Below are positions 25,146-34,296 of a stretch of DNA of 64,000 bases, piece by piece. The DNA comes from an uncultured delta proteobacterium. GTDB lineage: Bacteria; Desulfobacterota; Binatia; DP-6. The notes under the pieces are model-generated. The model was given only the letters and a program-made list of their open reading frames with translations. It was not told the DNA's origin and ran no database searches. The position numbers and the translations under genes were made by a program. The DNA is taken from the NCBI GenBank assembly GCA_963815115.1, contig CAWFFN010000009.1:992001-1056000 (forward strand), read 5' to 3'. The first letter of the stretch is position 1; every line of letters begins with the position of its first letter.

Positions 25146-25814
25146 ATGAGCGAGGAGCCGGCGATCCTCGGCGTGTGCTTCGACCTCGACGGCACGCTGG
25201 TCGACAGCGAGCGCCTGCAGTGGGAGGCCTATCGCCGCGTGCTGGCCGACCACGGGGTCGACATCGGGCTCGACGAGTATCGGCGTCACTTCATCGCCGT
25301 CGCCGGGGGCGCGGAGTATGCCTGCCGGCGCTATGGGCTGCCCATCGACGCCGCGACGCTGCGCGCGCGCAAGGGGGCGGTCTACGGCGGGCTGATCGCG
25401 CGCGGCGTGCCGCCGATCACGGGGGCACGCGCCTGCCTCGAGCGCCTGCACGACGGCTGGAAGCTCGCGGTGGTGACCAACTCGACGCGCGCCGAGGCGA
25501 CGACCATCCTCGAGCCGCTGGGATTCGGGTCGCTGCTGGACGTCCTGGTCGCGCGCGAGGATTACCCGAGCGCCAAGCCCGCCCCCGACGCCTACCTCGC
25601 CGCTGCCGCGGCCCTCGGCATTCCCGCGCCCGCCTGCGTCGCGGTCGAGGACACCCCGCGCGGGCTGGTCGCGGCGCGCGCGGCGGAGATGCGGGTCGTC
25701 GCCGTGCCGGGCGAGCTCACCGCCGACCAGGACTTCACCGGCGCGTGGCGCCGGCTGCCCGACCTCGACGCCCTCACGCCCGCTCTCCTGCGCGAAGCCG
25801 GAGCGGCCTCGTGA
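25146..25814 (+). CDS. HAD family phosphatase (beta-PGM/CbbY-like)
   Basis: FDLDGTLVDSE, VTNS, KPAPD, VEDT..G. Confidence 0.88.
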   Translation: MSEEPAILGVCFDLDGTLVDSERLQWEAYRRVLADHGVDIGLDEYRRHFIAVAGGAEYACRRYGLPIDAATLRARKGAVYGGLIARGVPPITGARACLERLHDGWKLAVVTNSTRAEATTILEPLGFGSLLDVLVAREDYPSAKPAPDAYLAAAAALGIPAPACVAVEDTPRGLVAARAAEMRVVAVPGELTADQDFTGAWRRLPDLDALTPALLREAGAAS

Positions 25815-25825
25815 CGGGACGGCCG

Positions 25826-26764
25826 ATGCTCGAGCTGCGCGACGTCACGAAGCGCTTCGGCTCGGTCGAGGCCGTTCTCGGCATCAGCTTCACGGTGCGC
25901 GAAGGCGAGATCGTCGGCTTCCTCGGTCCCAACGGCGCCGGCAAGACGACCACCATGCGTATCCTCGCGGGCATCTTCCCGCCCAGCTCGGGGGAGGTGC
26001 GCGTTGCCGGCCACGATCCCCTTCGCGAGCCGCTCGCCTGCCGGCGCGCCGTCGGCTACTTCCCCGAGTACGCCCCGTTCTATCCCGAGCTCAGCGTGCG
26101 CGGGTATCTCGGCCTGGTCGCGCGGCTGAAGCGGCTGCCGTCGGCGGCCCGGGCCGGCGCGGTCGCGCGCGTGCTGGCCGACTGCGGGCTCGAGGACGTC
26201 GCGCCCCGCCGCGTCGGCACCCTCTCGAAGGGCTACCGCCAGCGCGTCGGGTTGGCCCAGGCGCTGTGCGGCGACCCGCCGATCCTGATCCTCGACGAGC
26301 CGACGATCGGTCTCGACCCCGCGCAGGTCGTCGAGATCCGGGAGCTGGTGCGCGGGCTGCGCGGCAACCGGACCGTGCTGTTCTCGAGCCACATCCTCTC
26401 CGAGGTCGAGGCGCTCTGCGAACGGGTCGTCGTGATCGCTCGCGGCCGCATCGTCGGCGAGGGCACGCCGGCGGAGCTGGCGGCGCGCCTCGGCCGGCGC
26501 CAGCGGGTCGTGCTGCGCGTGTCCGGCTCCGTCGAGGCGGCACGGGTCGCGCTGGCGGCGATCCCCGGCGCTCCGCGCCTCGAGGAGGCAAGGGGCAGCT
26601 CGGGCACCTTCGTGCTCGAGGGAGCGAGCGACGGCGATCTCGCCCGCCTCGCCGGTGAAGCCGTGCAGCGCGCCGGCCTCGGGCTTCTCGAGCTGCGCCA
26701 GGAGCCTCTCGACCTCGAGGAGGTTTTCCTCCACCTGATCCGCGGCGAGGAGCGCGCGTCGTGA
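25826..26764 (+). CDS. ABC transporter ATP-binding protein (GldA-like)
   Basis: GPNGAGKTT, LSKGYRQRVG, LDEPTIGLDP, SSHIL. Confidence 0.9.
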   Translation: MLELRDVTKRFGSVEAVLGISFTVREGEIVGFLGPNGAGKTTTMRILAGIFPPSSGEVRVAGHDPLREPLACRRAVGYFPEYAPFYPELSVRGYLGLVARLKRLPSAARAGAVARVLADCGLEDVAPRRVGTLSKGYRQRVGLAQALCGDPPILILDEPTIGLDPAQVVEIRELVRGLRGNRTVLFSSHILSEVEALCERVVVIARGRIVGEGTPAELAARLGRRQRVVLRVSGSVEAARVALAAIPGAPRLEEARGSSGTFVLEGASDGDLARLAGEAVQRAGLGLLELRQEPLDLEEVFLHLIRGEERAS

Positions 26765-27501
26765 GCGCGTTCGCGATCGCGGGCAAGGAGCTCGCGCTCT
26801 ACTTCACGTCGCTCGTCTTCTACGCGCTCGCCACCGTCTTCCTCGGCCTGTCGGGCTATCTCTTCTACACCAACCTCGACTTCTACGTCCGCTTCGGCGG
26901 CATGAACCTGATCCTCGGGCTCTGGCAGTACCAGTTCTACGACATGCGCCAGCTGCTGCTCGTGCTGGTGCCCCTGCTCACCATGCGGTTGTTCGCCGAG
27001 GAGCGCCGTCTCGGCACCCTCGAGCTGCTCTGGACCTACCCCCTGCGCGACGTCGAGATCGTCGCCGGCAAGTTCCTCGCCTGCCTCGTCGTGCTGGTCG
27101 CGATCATCCTTCCCACGCTCGCCTACCCCCTCCTCCTCTCCCGCTTCCAGGAGATCGCGTGGGGGCCGCTGCTCGCCGGCTACCTCGGACTGCTGCTCCT
27201 CGCCGCCGCCTTCGCCGCCTGCGGGCTCTTCCTCTCCGCGCTCACCGACAGCCAGCTGGTGGCGGGCGCGGCGACCTACGGTGTCCTCCTCTTCTTCTGG
27301 ATCATCACCTGGAACGAGGCGGCGGTGAGCGAGCGAGCGCTCGCGCTGCTGCGGCCGTTCTCGCTCTTCGATCGCTTCCAGGTCTTCATGCGCGGTGGTA
27401 TCGACACGCGCGACGTGAGCTACCTCGTGCTCTTCGCCCTGACCTTCCTGGCCTTCACGTTCCTGGCGCTCGACTCGCGGCGCTGGCGAGGGCTGCGGTG
27501 A
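26761..27501 (+). CDS. ABC-2 permease (GldF-like)
   Basis: TMRLFAEERRLGTLELLWT.P, GKFLA, SALTDSQLVA; multiple TM helices. Confidence 0.85.
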   Translation: MSAFAIAGKELALYFTSLVFYALATVFLGLSGYLFYTNLDFYVRFGGMNLILGLWQYQFYDMRQLLLVLVPLLTMRLFAEERRLGTLELLWTYPLRDVEIVAGKFLACLVVLVAIILPTLAYPLLLSRFQEIAWGPLLAGYLGLLLLAAAFAACGLFLSALTDSQLVAGAATYGVLLFFWIITWNEAAVSERALALLRPFSLFDRFQVFMRGGIDTRDVSYLVLFALTFLAFTFLALDSRRWRGLR

Positions 27502-28874
27502 CGGGCGTACGCCGGGGAACGCGGGGCTGGTCGCAGCTGGCGCTGGAGGCGGCGCTGATCGTCGCCGCGGTCGGCCTGCTCCAGGTGCTGGCCGAGCGCA
27601 CCAACCGCCGCCTCGACCTGACGCCGTCACGGTCGCTGTCGCTCTCGACGGTGACCCGCAACGTCCTGGCCCAGGTCGACTCGCCCCTGCATCTCACGGT
27701 CTTCTTCCGGCGCGGCGAGCGCGAGACCTACTCCGGCCTGCTCGAGCGCCTGCGCGCCGAGAACCCGCGGATCACCTACGACCTGCTCGACCTCGACCGC
27801 TATCCCGAGCGGGCGCGGAGCTACGGCATCACGCAGTACGGGCGCGCGGCGCTCGAGTACCAGGGGCACCGGAGCGTCGCGCCCGCGCTTCCCGAGGAGC
27901 AGCTCGCCGGCGGCATCCTGGAGGCCGTGCGCGGGCGCCGCCGGCGCGCCGTGCTCACGTCGGGCCACGGCGAGCGCGTGCCGGGCGGCGAGTCGCAGGG
28001 TCTCGGCCGCCTGGCCGCCGGTCTCGAAGCGGAGAACTTCAGCCTCGACGTCGTCTCCCTGCTCGACGGCACGCTGCCCGTGGGCACCGACCTGGTGATC
28101 GTCGCCGGTCCCCGCCACGACTTTCTCCCCGCGGAGCTCGAGGTGCTGGCGCGCCATCTGAAGGCCGGCGGCGGCCTCGTCCTGTTGCTCGATCCGGCCT
28201 CGCTGCCCAACCTGAGCGGCTTTCTCGAGAGCATGGGGCTCATCCTCGGCGACGACTTCGTGGTCGACCACGAGCATCGCGTCCTCGCGACCGACGGCCT
28301 CGCCGCGGTGGTCGAGCGCTTCCGGCGCGGCAATCCCGTCTCCGAGCCGGACCGCAATCCGATCGACAGCGGCGTGGTGCTGCCCTCGGCGCGCACGGTG
28401 GACGTCGCGCGCGAGGTCCCGGGTGTGACCGCCGAGAGCATCGCGCGCACCGCGGACTCGGCGTGGGCGATGGCGGATGCCGACCGGGCACGACGCGGCG
28501 AGGAGCCGTCGAAGGCGGCGCGCGACCTGCCGGGACCGCTCTCGGTGATGGTGCTCGCCGAGGTCGGCGGCGGCGAGGGAGCTCCGCGAGGCCGGCTGGT
28601 CGTGATCGGTGACTCGGACTTCGCCACCGACGCCTACATCGACCTCCTCGGCAATCGCGACGTCGCCATGAACGCCGTCGCCTGGGCCGGGGGCGAGCCG
28701 GTGCTCACCGGCGAGCGACCGAAGAACGCCCCGGAGGTCCAGCGCCCGCTCTCTCCGCTGGTGCTGACCGAGGCGCAGGCGCGCCGCCTGCTCACCACCG
28801 TCGCCGTGCTGCTGCCGGGGCTCGTGCTCCTGAGCGGGCTCGTCGTGGTGGCGATCCGCCGGCGCGCGGGGTGA
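27498..28874 (+). CDS. GldG-like ABC auxiliary component
   Basis: RLDLT....SLS, GHGE, IVAGP, GRLVVIGDSDF, GN.D..MN.V.W; N- and C-terminal TMs. Confidence 0.82.
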   Translation: MTGVRRGTRGWSQLALEAALIVAAVGLLQVLAERTNRRLDLTPSRSLSLSTVTRNVLAQVDSPLHLTVFFRRGERETYSGLLERLRAENPRITYDLLDLDRYPERARSYGITQYGRAALEYQGHRSVAPALPEEQLAGGILEAVRGRRRRAVLTSGHGERVPGGESQGLGRLAAGLEAENFSLDVVSLLDGTLPVGTDLVIVAGPRHDFLPAELEVLARHLKAGGGLVLLLDPASLPNLSGFLESMGLILGDDFVVDHEHRVLATDGLAAVVERFRRGNPVSEPDRNPIDSGVVLPSARTVDVAREVPGVTAESIARTADSAWAMADADRARRGEEPSKAARDLPGPLSVMVLAEVGGGEGAPRGRLVVIGDSDFATDAYIDLLGNRDVAMNAVAWAGGEPVLTGERPKNAPEVQRPLSPLVLTEAQARRLLTTVAVLLPGLVLLSGLVVVAIRRRAG

Positions 28875-28889
28875 TCCCTGCGGCGTCTG

Positions 28890-29600
28890 GTGCCGCTGCT
28901 GCTGCTCGTCGCCGTCGCGGCAGCGCTCGTGATCGTAGTGGAGGGTCCGCGGCGCGTGTCGGGTCCGGATTCGGTCCGCGGTCCGCACGTGTTACGCGTG
29001 CGGCCCGGCGCGGTCCGCAAACTCGAGATCGAGGCCGGGCCGCGGCATCTCTCGGCCGTGCGTTCGGCGAGCGGCTGGCTGCTCGACGGGCATCCCGCCA
29101 CGGCCGCGGCCGCGGACGCCCTCGAGACCCTCGTGGTCACGCTGGCGAGCCTGCGGGCGGTGGACGCGTTTCGCCCCGCCGACAGGCAGGCCCTCGGTCT
29201 CGAGCCTCCGGCGGCGATCATCACCCTCGGGACCCGCCGCGGTGATCAGCGCCTCCGGCTGGGCACCCTCAACGCGGCCGGCAGCGCTCTCTACGCGGAG
29301 CGCGACGGCCACCCGCGGGCGTTCCTGGCCGGCACCGGGCTGCTGACCGCGATCGAACGGGTCTTCTACCAGCACGATCTCGGTGGCAGCGACGCGACGG
29401 GTCCCGAGGCATCGCTGCCGCCGTTCCCCCGCGCGTCTCAGCGGGCAGTGGTGCGCGCGCGGAGGGCAGCGATGCGCTCTTCCGCCCGCGCCGCGCTGCG
29501 CTCGCGCAGCACGTGGTGCAGGACCCGAGCGCGCACGCTGTCGAGCGGCGGAGTGCGGGAGGGGACGCGCTCGTGGATCCAGACCAGGTGCAGCCCGTAG
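28890..29600 (+). CDS. DUF4340-like membrane-anchored protein (start uncertain)
   Basis: N-terminal TM, GW.LDG.PA, LGLEPP, LRLG...GSALYA; usual fourth gene after gldAFG-like genes; 3' end overlaps the opposite gene. Confidence 0.6.
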   Translation: MPLLLLVAVAAALVIVVEGPRRVSGPDSVRGPHVLRVRPGAVRKLEIEAGPRHLSAVRSASGWLLDGHPATAAAADALETLVVTLASLRAVDAFRPADRQALGLEPPAAIITLGTRRGDQRLRLGTLNAAGSALYAERDGHPRAFLAGTGLLTAIERVFYQHDLGGSDATGPEASLPPFPRASQRAVVRARRAAMRSSARAALRSRSTWCRTRARTLSSGGVREGTRSWIQTRCSP

Positions 29601-30283
29601 CTCGATCGCAGCGGGCCGATCCACGTCCCGAGCGGGGCCTCTTCGAGGCCGGTGGAGAACCCGGGTCCGAAACGGCGGTCGAGCTCCGCGCTGGCGATCG
29701 GACCGAGGTCCGTGCCGACGAGGGACGCATCTCCCCGCGCGCGAGCGTCGGCGGGAAGGACGTGATCGCGGCGCAGCTCGTCGAGCAGCGCTTCCGCGTC
29801 GGCCTCGAGTGCAGCCCCGTGACCGTCGCGAGCGAGGTACACGTGAGTGAAGCGGACCAGCGCAGGCGCGCGGAACGCTTCGGCATGCGCGGCGAGGTAC
29901 GCGCGCAGGTCGGCGTCGGTCGGCATGTCCGCGCCGTCGAGCCGCCCGGCCGCGAGGCGCATGATCTCCGCGAGATGGCGCCGCACGACGACGTCGCTGC
30001 GCTCGAGGCCGAGCCGCCGGGCCTCCTGCTCCAGGGCATCCCGCTCGCCACGCTCCTCGCCGACGAATCCGCCGAGGCGGACGAGGCGCTCGCGGACCGC
30101 CGGATCCTGGCGGTCGACTCCCAGCGCGAGAGCCTCGCGATAGAGCAGCTCCTCGTCGCTCGGCTCCGGTCCGCTCGGCGGCGCCGTCCGGGTGCGATCC
30201 GCGACCGCCTTCGCACCGAAGAGGAGCGCGCCGGCGAGGAGGAAGTGGAGCGCCGGTACGCGCAGGACTGATCGCATCGTCAT
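29438..30283 (-). CDS. PpiC-type (Rotamase_2) peptidyl-prolyl isomerase-like protein
   Basis: [48 protein letters not shown]. Confidence 0.8.
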   Translation of the reverse strand: MTMRSVLRVPALHFLLAGALLFGAKAVADRTRTAPPSGPEPSDEELLYREALALGVDRQDPAVRERLVRLGGFVGEERGERDALEQEARRLGLERSDVVVRRHLAEIMRLAAGRLDGADMPTDADLRAYLAAHAEAFRAPALVRFTHVYLARDGHGAALEADAEALLDELRRDHVLPADARARGDASLVGTDLGPIASAELDRRFGPGFSTGLEEAPLGTWIGPLRSSYGLHLVWIHERVPSRTPPLDSVRARVLHHVLRERSAARAEERIAALRARTTAR

Positions 30284-32643
30284 CCGGCAGGCCCCAGGCG
30301 CCGGCCGCGGAGCAGCCAGCGGCGCGTGTGCGCCGTCCGGAAGAGGGCGCCCTCGACCGCGAACGTCACGTTGTGATCCTCGCGCGCCATGCGCGAGAAG
30401 TCGGCGGCGCGCGCGGCGAGGGCCATCGTGACCCCCGCTCGGCGCGTGGTGATCACGAGCGTACGGCGGCCGTCGCCGCGATCCTTGTAGACCAGCCGGC
30501 GGCCATGCCGGTGGAAGCCGCCGCGAGGGACGGTGATGGCGAGCACGTCGTCGTCGTCGGACAGGCGCACGGTGACCCCGTCGGTGGCGGGGTCGAGCAC
30601 GCCCTGCAGGCGGCCGAGGCTGGCGCGCAGCACCAGCGTGTCGGTGTGGGGGCGCTTGCCGAACGCGAGCCTCGCGTGCAGGCGGCCGATCGCCTCGGGG
30701 CGATACCACACGGGCGAGCTCCACGCGCGCTCCTGGATCGTCGGTGAGAGGAACGGATCGTTCGTCGTGCCGAGGCAGCAGTCCGCGAACCCGGGTGCCG
30801 CCGTGGCAGCCTGCGCCGCGCAGTCGTCCGCGAACGGGTCGACGCCCGCCTGCTTGCAGACTCGCGTGCTCCAGCGGCAGCTCGGGTTCTCGAGCACGCG
30901 CGCGTAGTAGAAGGCGCGCTGCGCCGGGTCGAACTCGGGATCTTCCCACAGGGCGCACAGCTCGGCGGCGCCCGCTCCCAGCGGCTCGCACGTGGCGGGA
31001 TCGACCCCCGCCCCGCTGCCGGCGTCGCCCGCGACGTCGAACACCCGCTCGTGCGTGGCAGCGCCCGCGTCGACCCAGCCCTTGACGATCTGCACGCGCT
31101 GGAGGTCCGTGCCCGGGGCGGCCGCCGTGCCCGGATCCTTCTGCACCCAGACCGCGAAGCGCGGGCTCTTCGCGCCGCTCATCGTTCCGATCTCGCCGCC
31201 CATCGGCGTGCCGGTCGTGTAGGCACGCTCGACGAAGGCCGCGTCGCCGCACGACACGCCGTCGAGGGTGCCGGCAAAGAAGCGCACGATCGGTCGCGTG
31301 CCGCTGGTGGCGTACGTCTCCCGCCGGCGCAGGGCGGAGAAGATGGCGTCGCGCGAGTTCTCCTCGGCCCACACGACGGCGAGGCCCCCCGGGTTGGTGC
31401 GCAACTGCTGCGAGATCTGGGCGGCGGGCGACCCGTCCGAGCGCCCCTGGATACCCACCCAGTCGCGCTCCGCGGTGTTGCCGCCGGTGCCGTTGTGGGT
31501 GTCGGTGCTGCCGATGAAGCCGAAGCGGAAGGGATTCACGCCGAGCGTCTGCTCGAATGCGAGTCCGTCCTCGAGGGTCTCGCGCACGAGGTTCCGTCGC
31601 GGATACTGATCGATCGGCACGGCCGTCGCATCGGGTCCCTCATGCGGCCGGGCCTCCTGCTCGAAGGCGCACAGCTCGTCGGCGGCGCCGACGCCCACGC
31701 CGGCGAGGCGATCGAAGCGGCACTCCGAGCTGCCCTTCGCCTGGTGGAGCTCGACCAGCGGCTCGAGTGTCTGGCGCCTGAACGCCTCGGCCGCGTCGGC
31801 CGGATCGACGAACTGCTGGCCGCCGCTGAGATTCGGGTTGTGCGGGATGATCACCGCGTCGCACCCGTCGCCGGCGCCGAGGCACATGGTCTCGATCGCG
31901 TTCCACAGCCCGAGCAGGTCGCCGTCCTGGAACGTGTCGAGCTGGCTGGGCGCGAAGGGCGGCACGTGCGCGTTGCGGAAGATCACGTTGCGGTGGCGAT
32001 GGCGGCCGATCGGGCTCGCCGTGTGCTCGTAGCCCACGAACGTCGTGAACCGGCAGGCGGAGCTCCGGTCGTAGGCTTCCTCCGCGGCCGCCTGCATCTC
32101 CTGCCACACCGAGATGGACGCCGCGTCGCAGTCGACGCCGGGAGTCGTCGAGCAGAAGGGCAGGGATCGGGGCGGATCCGGGATGCCGAGCGGGAAGAGC
32201 CACTGGATGGTCGTATTGAGCTCCTCGAGCGACGTGCGCTCGACCTGGCGCAGCAGCTGACAGGTCATCACGTCGAAGGCGGGCGATCCGGGCGTCGAGC
32301 ACCGGTCGACCTCGCCGAAGAGCTCCGAATGATCGGTGACGGCCATGAAGTCGAGCGGGCGGTCGATGGTGGCGCTCCGGGTCTGTGCCTCGTCGGTGTC
32401 GGCGACGGGGATCGTCCCGCCGCGGGCGAATTCGTACGCGTCCCGCGGCCCGACACGCGTTCCGAAGATGTACGCGTCGGCCGAGAAGCGGGTATGCACG
32501 TGCAGGTCGCCGAAGAAGGGCTGTCGCAGCGGCGCGACGGCGGCGCACGGCTCGCGTGTCTCTGTACGTTGCCAAGGCGGTGTCGCCGCCCCCGCGAGGG
32601 TCTCGGCGAGAACGGCGAGCAGGACGAACCCGGGCCATCGCAC
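30280..32643 (-). CDS. Secreted DUF3604 (PHP-like metal-binding) protein with C-terminal extension
   Basis: [67 protein letters not shown]. Confidence 0.85.
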   Translation of the reverse strand: MRWPGFVLLAVLAETLAGAATPPWQRTETREPCAAVAPLRQPFFGDLHVHTRFSADAYIFGTRVGPRDAYEFARGGTIPVADTDEAQTRSATIDRPLDFMAVTDHSELFGEVDRCSTPGSPAFDVMTCQLLRQVERTSLEELNTTIQWLFPLGIPDPPRSLPFCSTTPGVDCDAASISVWQEMQAAAEEAYDRSSACRFTTFVGYEHTASPIGRHRHRNVIFRNAHVPPFAPSQLDTFQDGDLLGLWNAIETMCLGAGDGCDAVIIPHNPNLSGGQQFVDPADAAEAFRRQTLEPLVELHQAKGSSECRFDRLAGVGVGAADELCAFEQEARPHEGPDATAVPIDQYPRRNLVRETLEDGLAFEQTLGVNPFRFGFIGSTDTHNGTGGNTAERDWVGIQGRSDGSPAAQISQQLRTNPGGLAVVWAEENSRDAIFSALRRRETYATSGTRPIVRFFAGTLDGVSCGDAAFVERAYTTGTPMGGEIGTMSGAKSPRFAVWVQKDPGTAAAPGTDLQRVQIVKGWVDAGAATHERVFDVAGDAGSGAGVDPATCEPLGAGAAELCALWEDPEFDPAQRAFYYARVLENPSCRWSTRVCKQAGVDPFADDCAAQAATAAPGFADCCLGTTNDPFLSPTIQERAWSSPVWYRPEAIGRLHARLAFGKRPHTDTLVLRASLGRLQGVLDPATDGVTVRLSDDDDVLAITVPRGGFHRHGRRLVYKDRGDGRRTLVITTRRAGVTMALAARAADFSRMAREDHNVTFAVEGALFRTAHTRRWLLRGRRLGPAG

Positions 32644-32701
32644 GGCTGGATCTGTAACGCGAACGCGTCGAGCTTGTCGAGCAACTTGGCGAATGGCTAG
32701 G

Positions 32702-33694
32702 ATGAGAGGCGTGCGTCTCCTGCTCGCGCTCGGCGTGCTCCTCGTGGCGGTGCCGCTCGCCGCACATCCCCTCGCGCCGGCGTTGCTCGAGATTCACGAG
32801 CTCGGAAGTGGCGCCGCCGAGGTCACCTGGAAGCTTCCCCGTACGCATCCCCTCGGTGCCGGTGCCGTCCCCCGTCTGCCGGAGGGCTGCCGTGCCGTGA
32901 CGCCGGCGGCGACGGCCGGCGATGGCACGGGCGTGACGAGCCGCTGGCGGGTCGAATGCGGATCGGTGTCGCTCGCCGGCGAGCGGATCGGCGTCGACGA
33001 TCTCACCGCGCTGCCGTCCGGCGCGGTGGTTCGCATCGTCTTCGCCGACGGCCGGGTCGCGGAGGGAATCCTCGCCGGAGACCGGGCGGACTTCGTCGTC
33101 CCGGCCGAGTCCCGACCGTGGGATGTCTTCGCGGCCTACGTGTGCCTCGGTGTCGGCCACATCCTCTCCGGGCCCGACCATCTCCTCTTCGTCTTCGGCC
33201 TCGTGCTCCTCGCCGGTGCGACGCGGCGGCTGCTGGCCACCGTGACGGCGTTCACCCTCGGGCACAGCGTGACGCTCACCGCCGCCGCCCTCGGCTTCGT
33301 CGCCGTGCCCGTGGCGCCGATCGAGGTGGCGATCGCCGCCAGCGTGTTCGTGCTCGCCGTGGAGCTCGCGCGCGGTCCGGGCTGCGCCAGCGCGATCCGC
33401 CGCCGGCCATGGGTGATGGCGTTCGCCTTCGGGCTCCTCCACGGACTCGGCTTCGCGGGCGCGCTCGCCGAGGCGGGGCTGCCCCGCGACGAGATCCCGC
33501 TCGCACTCCTCGGCTTCAATCTCGGGATCGAGGCGGGACAGGTGGCCTTCGTCGCCTGCGTGCTCGCCGCCGGTGCGGCACTCTGGCCCCTCGCCCGCCG
33601 GCTCCCGCCGTGGGGGCGGTGGGTGCCCGCGTATGCCATGGGGTCGCTGGCCGCCTTCTGGTGGATCGAGCGCACGGCGGCGCTGCTTCGCTAG
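32702..33694 (+). CDS. HupE/UreJ family (HupE_UreJ_2) membrane protein
   Basis: Signal peptide ending LAAH; [40 protein letters not shown]. Confidence 0.88.
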   Translation: MRGVRLLLALGVLLVAVPLAAHPLAPALLEIHELGSGAAEVTWKLPRTHPLGAGAVPRLPEGCRAVTPAATAGDGTGVTSRWRVECGSVSLAGERIGVDDLTALPSGAVVRIVFADGRVAEGILAGDRADFVVPAESRPWDVFAAYVCLGVGHILSGPDHLLFVFGLVLLAGATRRLLATVTAFTLGHSVTLTAAALGFVAVPVAPIEVAIAASVFVLAVELARGPGCASAIRRRPWVMAFAFGLLHGLGFAGALAEAGLPRDEIPLALLGFNLGIEAGQVAFVACVLAAGAALWPLARRLPPWGRWVPAYAMGSLAAFWWIERTAALLR

Positions 33695-33701
33695 ACGAAC
33701 G

Positions 33702-33834
33702 CCCGAGACTCCGTCTCGGGTCGGAACGCAGAGCCGAGCGTGAGACTCGATGAGCAGTGCCGCTGGCGTCCGCCCGATCCACCGAACGCCACGCGCTCTC
33801 CTCCGCTTCCGCCCCGAGACCAGGTCTCGGGGCG
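33702..33834. repeat. Structured intergenic repeat, copy B
   Basis: Flanked by two CCCGAGAC-NNN-GTCTCGGG hairpins; core similar to 24983-25050. Confidence 0.7.
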
Positions 33835-33841
33835 CTCTGAT

Positions 33842-34168
33842 CTACCGTCCCGAGATCGGATTCTCGGGCTCGCCCGCGCAATGGGCGCAGCGGCAGAGCG
33901 CGCGCAGCTCCTCGGTGAGCAGCACCGTCTCGTGGCCGTCGGCCCAGCGCAGGAAGATGCTCTGCTCGCCCATCAGCTCGGCGCGGATCGGCTGCTCGGC
34001 AGCGGGAGTCGGCGGAATCGCCCGGTCGCCAGCCGAGCAGACATCGCACGGGCAGGCGCGGCGGATCATGCGGTGGGGCAGGATGCTGTCGTGTCCGTCG
34101 CCCCACTCGATGCCGAGGGCGTAGCGCCCGACCTCCTTCAGACTCACCACCCGCGTGCTCTCGGCCAT
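33842..34168 (-). CDS. DUF971/GBBH-N-like small protein with two CxCxxC motifs
   Basis: VGRYALGIEWGDGH..CPCDVC and IFLRWADGH..CRCAHC. Confidence 0.75.
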   Translation of the reverse strand: MAESTRVVSLKEVGRYALGIEWGDGHDSILPHRMIRRACPCDVCSAGDRAIPPTPAAEQPIRAELMGEQSIFLRWADGHETVLLTEELRALCRCAHCAGEPENPISGR

Positions 34169-34296
34169 GACCTCCGGGTAGACGAGGTGGGGATCGACGT
34201 CAAAGGGTACTGGGCGCCGCGGTCGATGGGCGTCCGATTAGGTCAGATGATTGACAGCGTGACTCGCGGCGCGGTAGGGCTCGGACACCTGGGAGG

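Noticed and set aside
33740-33765. CTCGATGAG resembling a hammerhead ribozyme core
   Set aside because: No CTGATGA and no matching GAAA; copy A reads GATGCA
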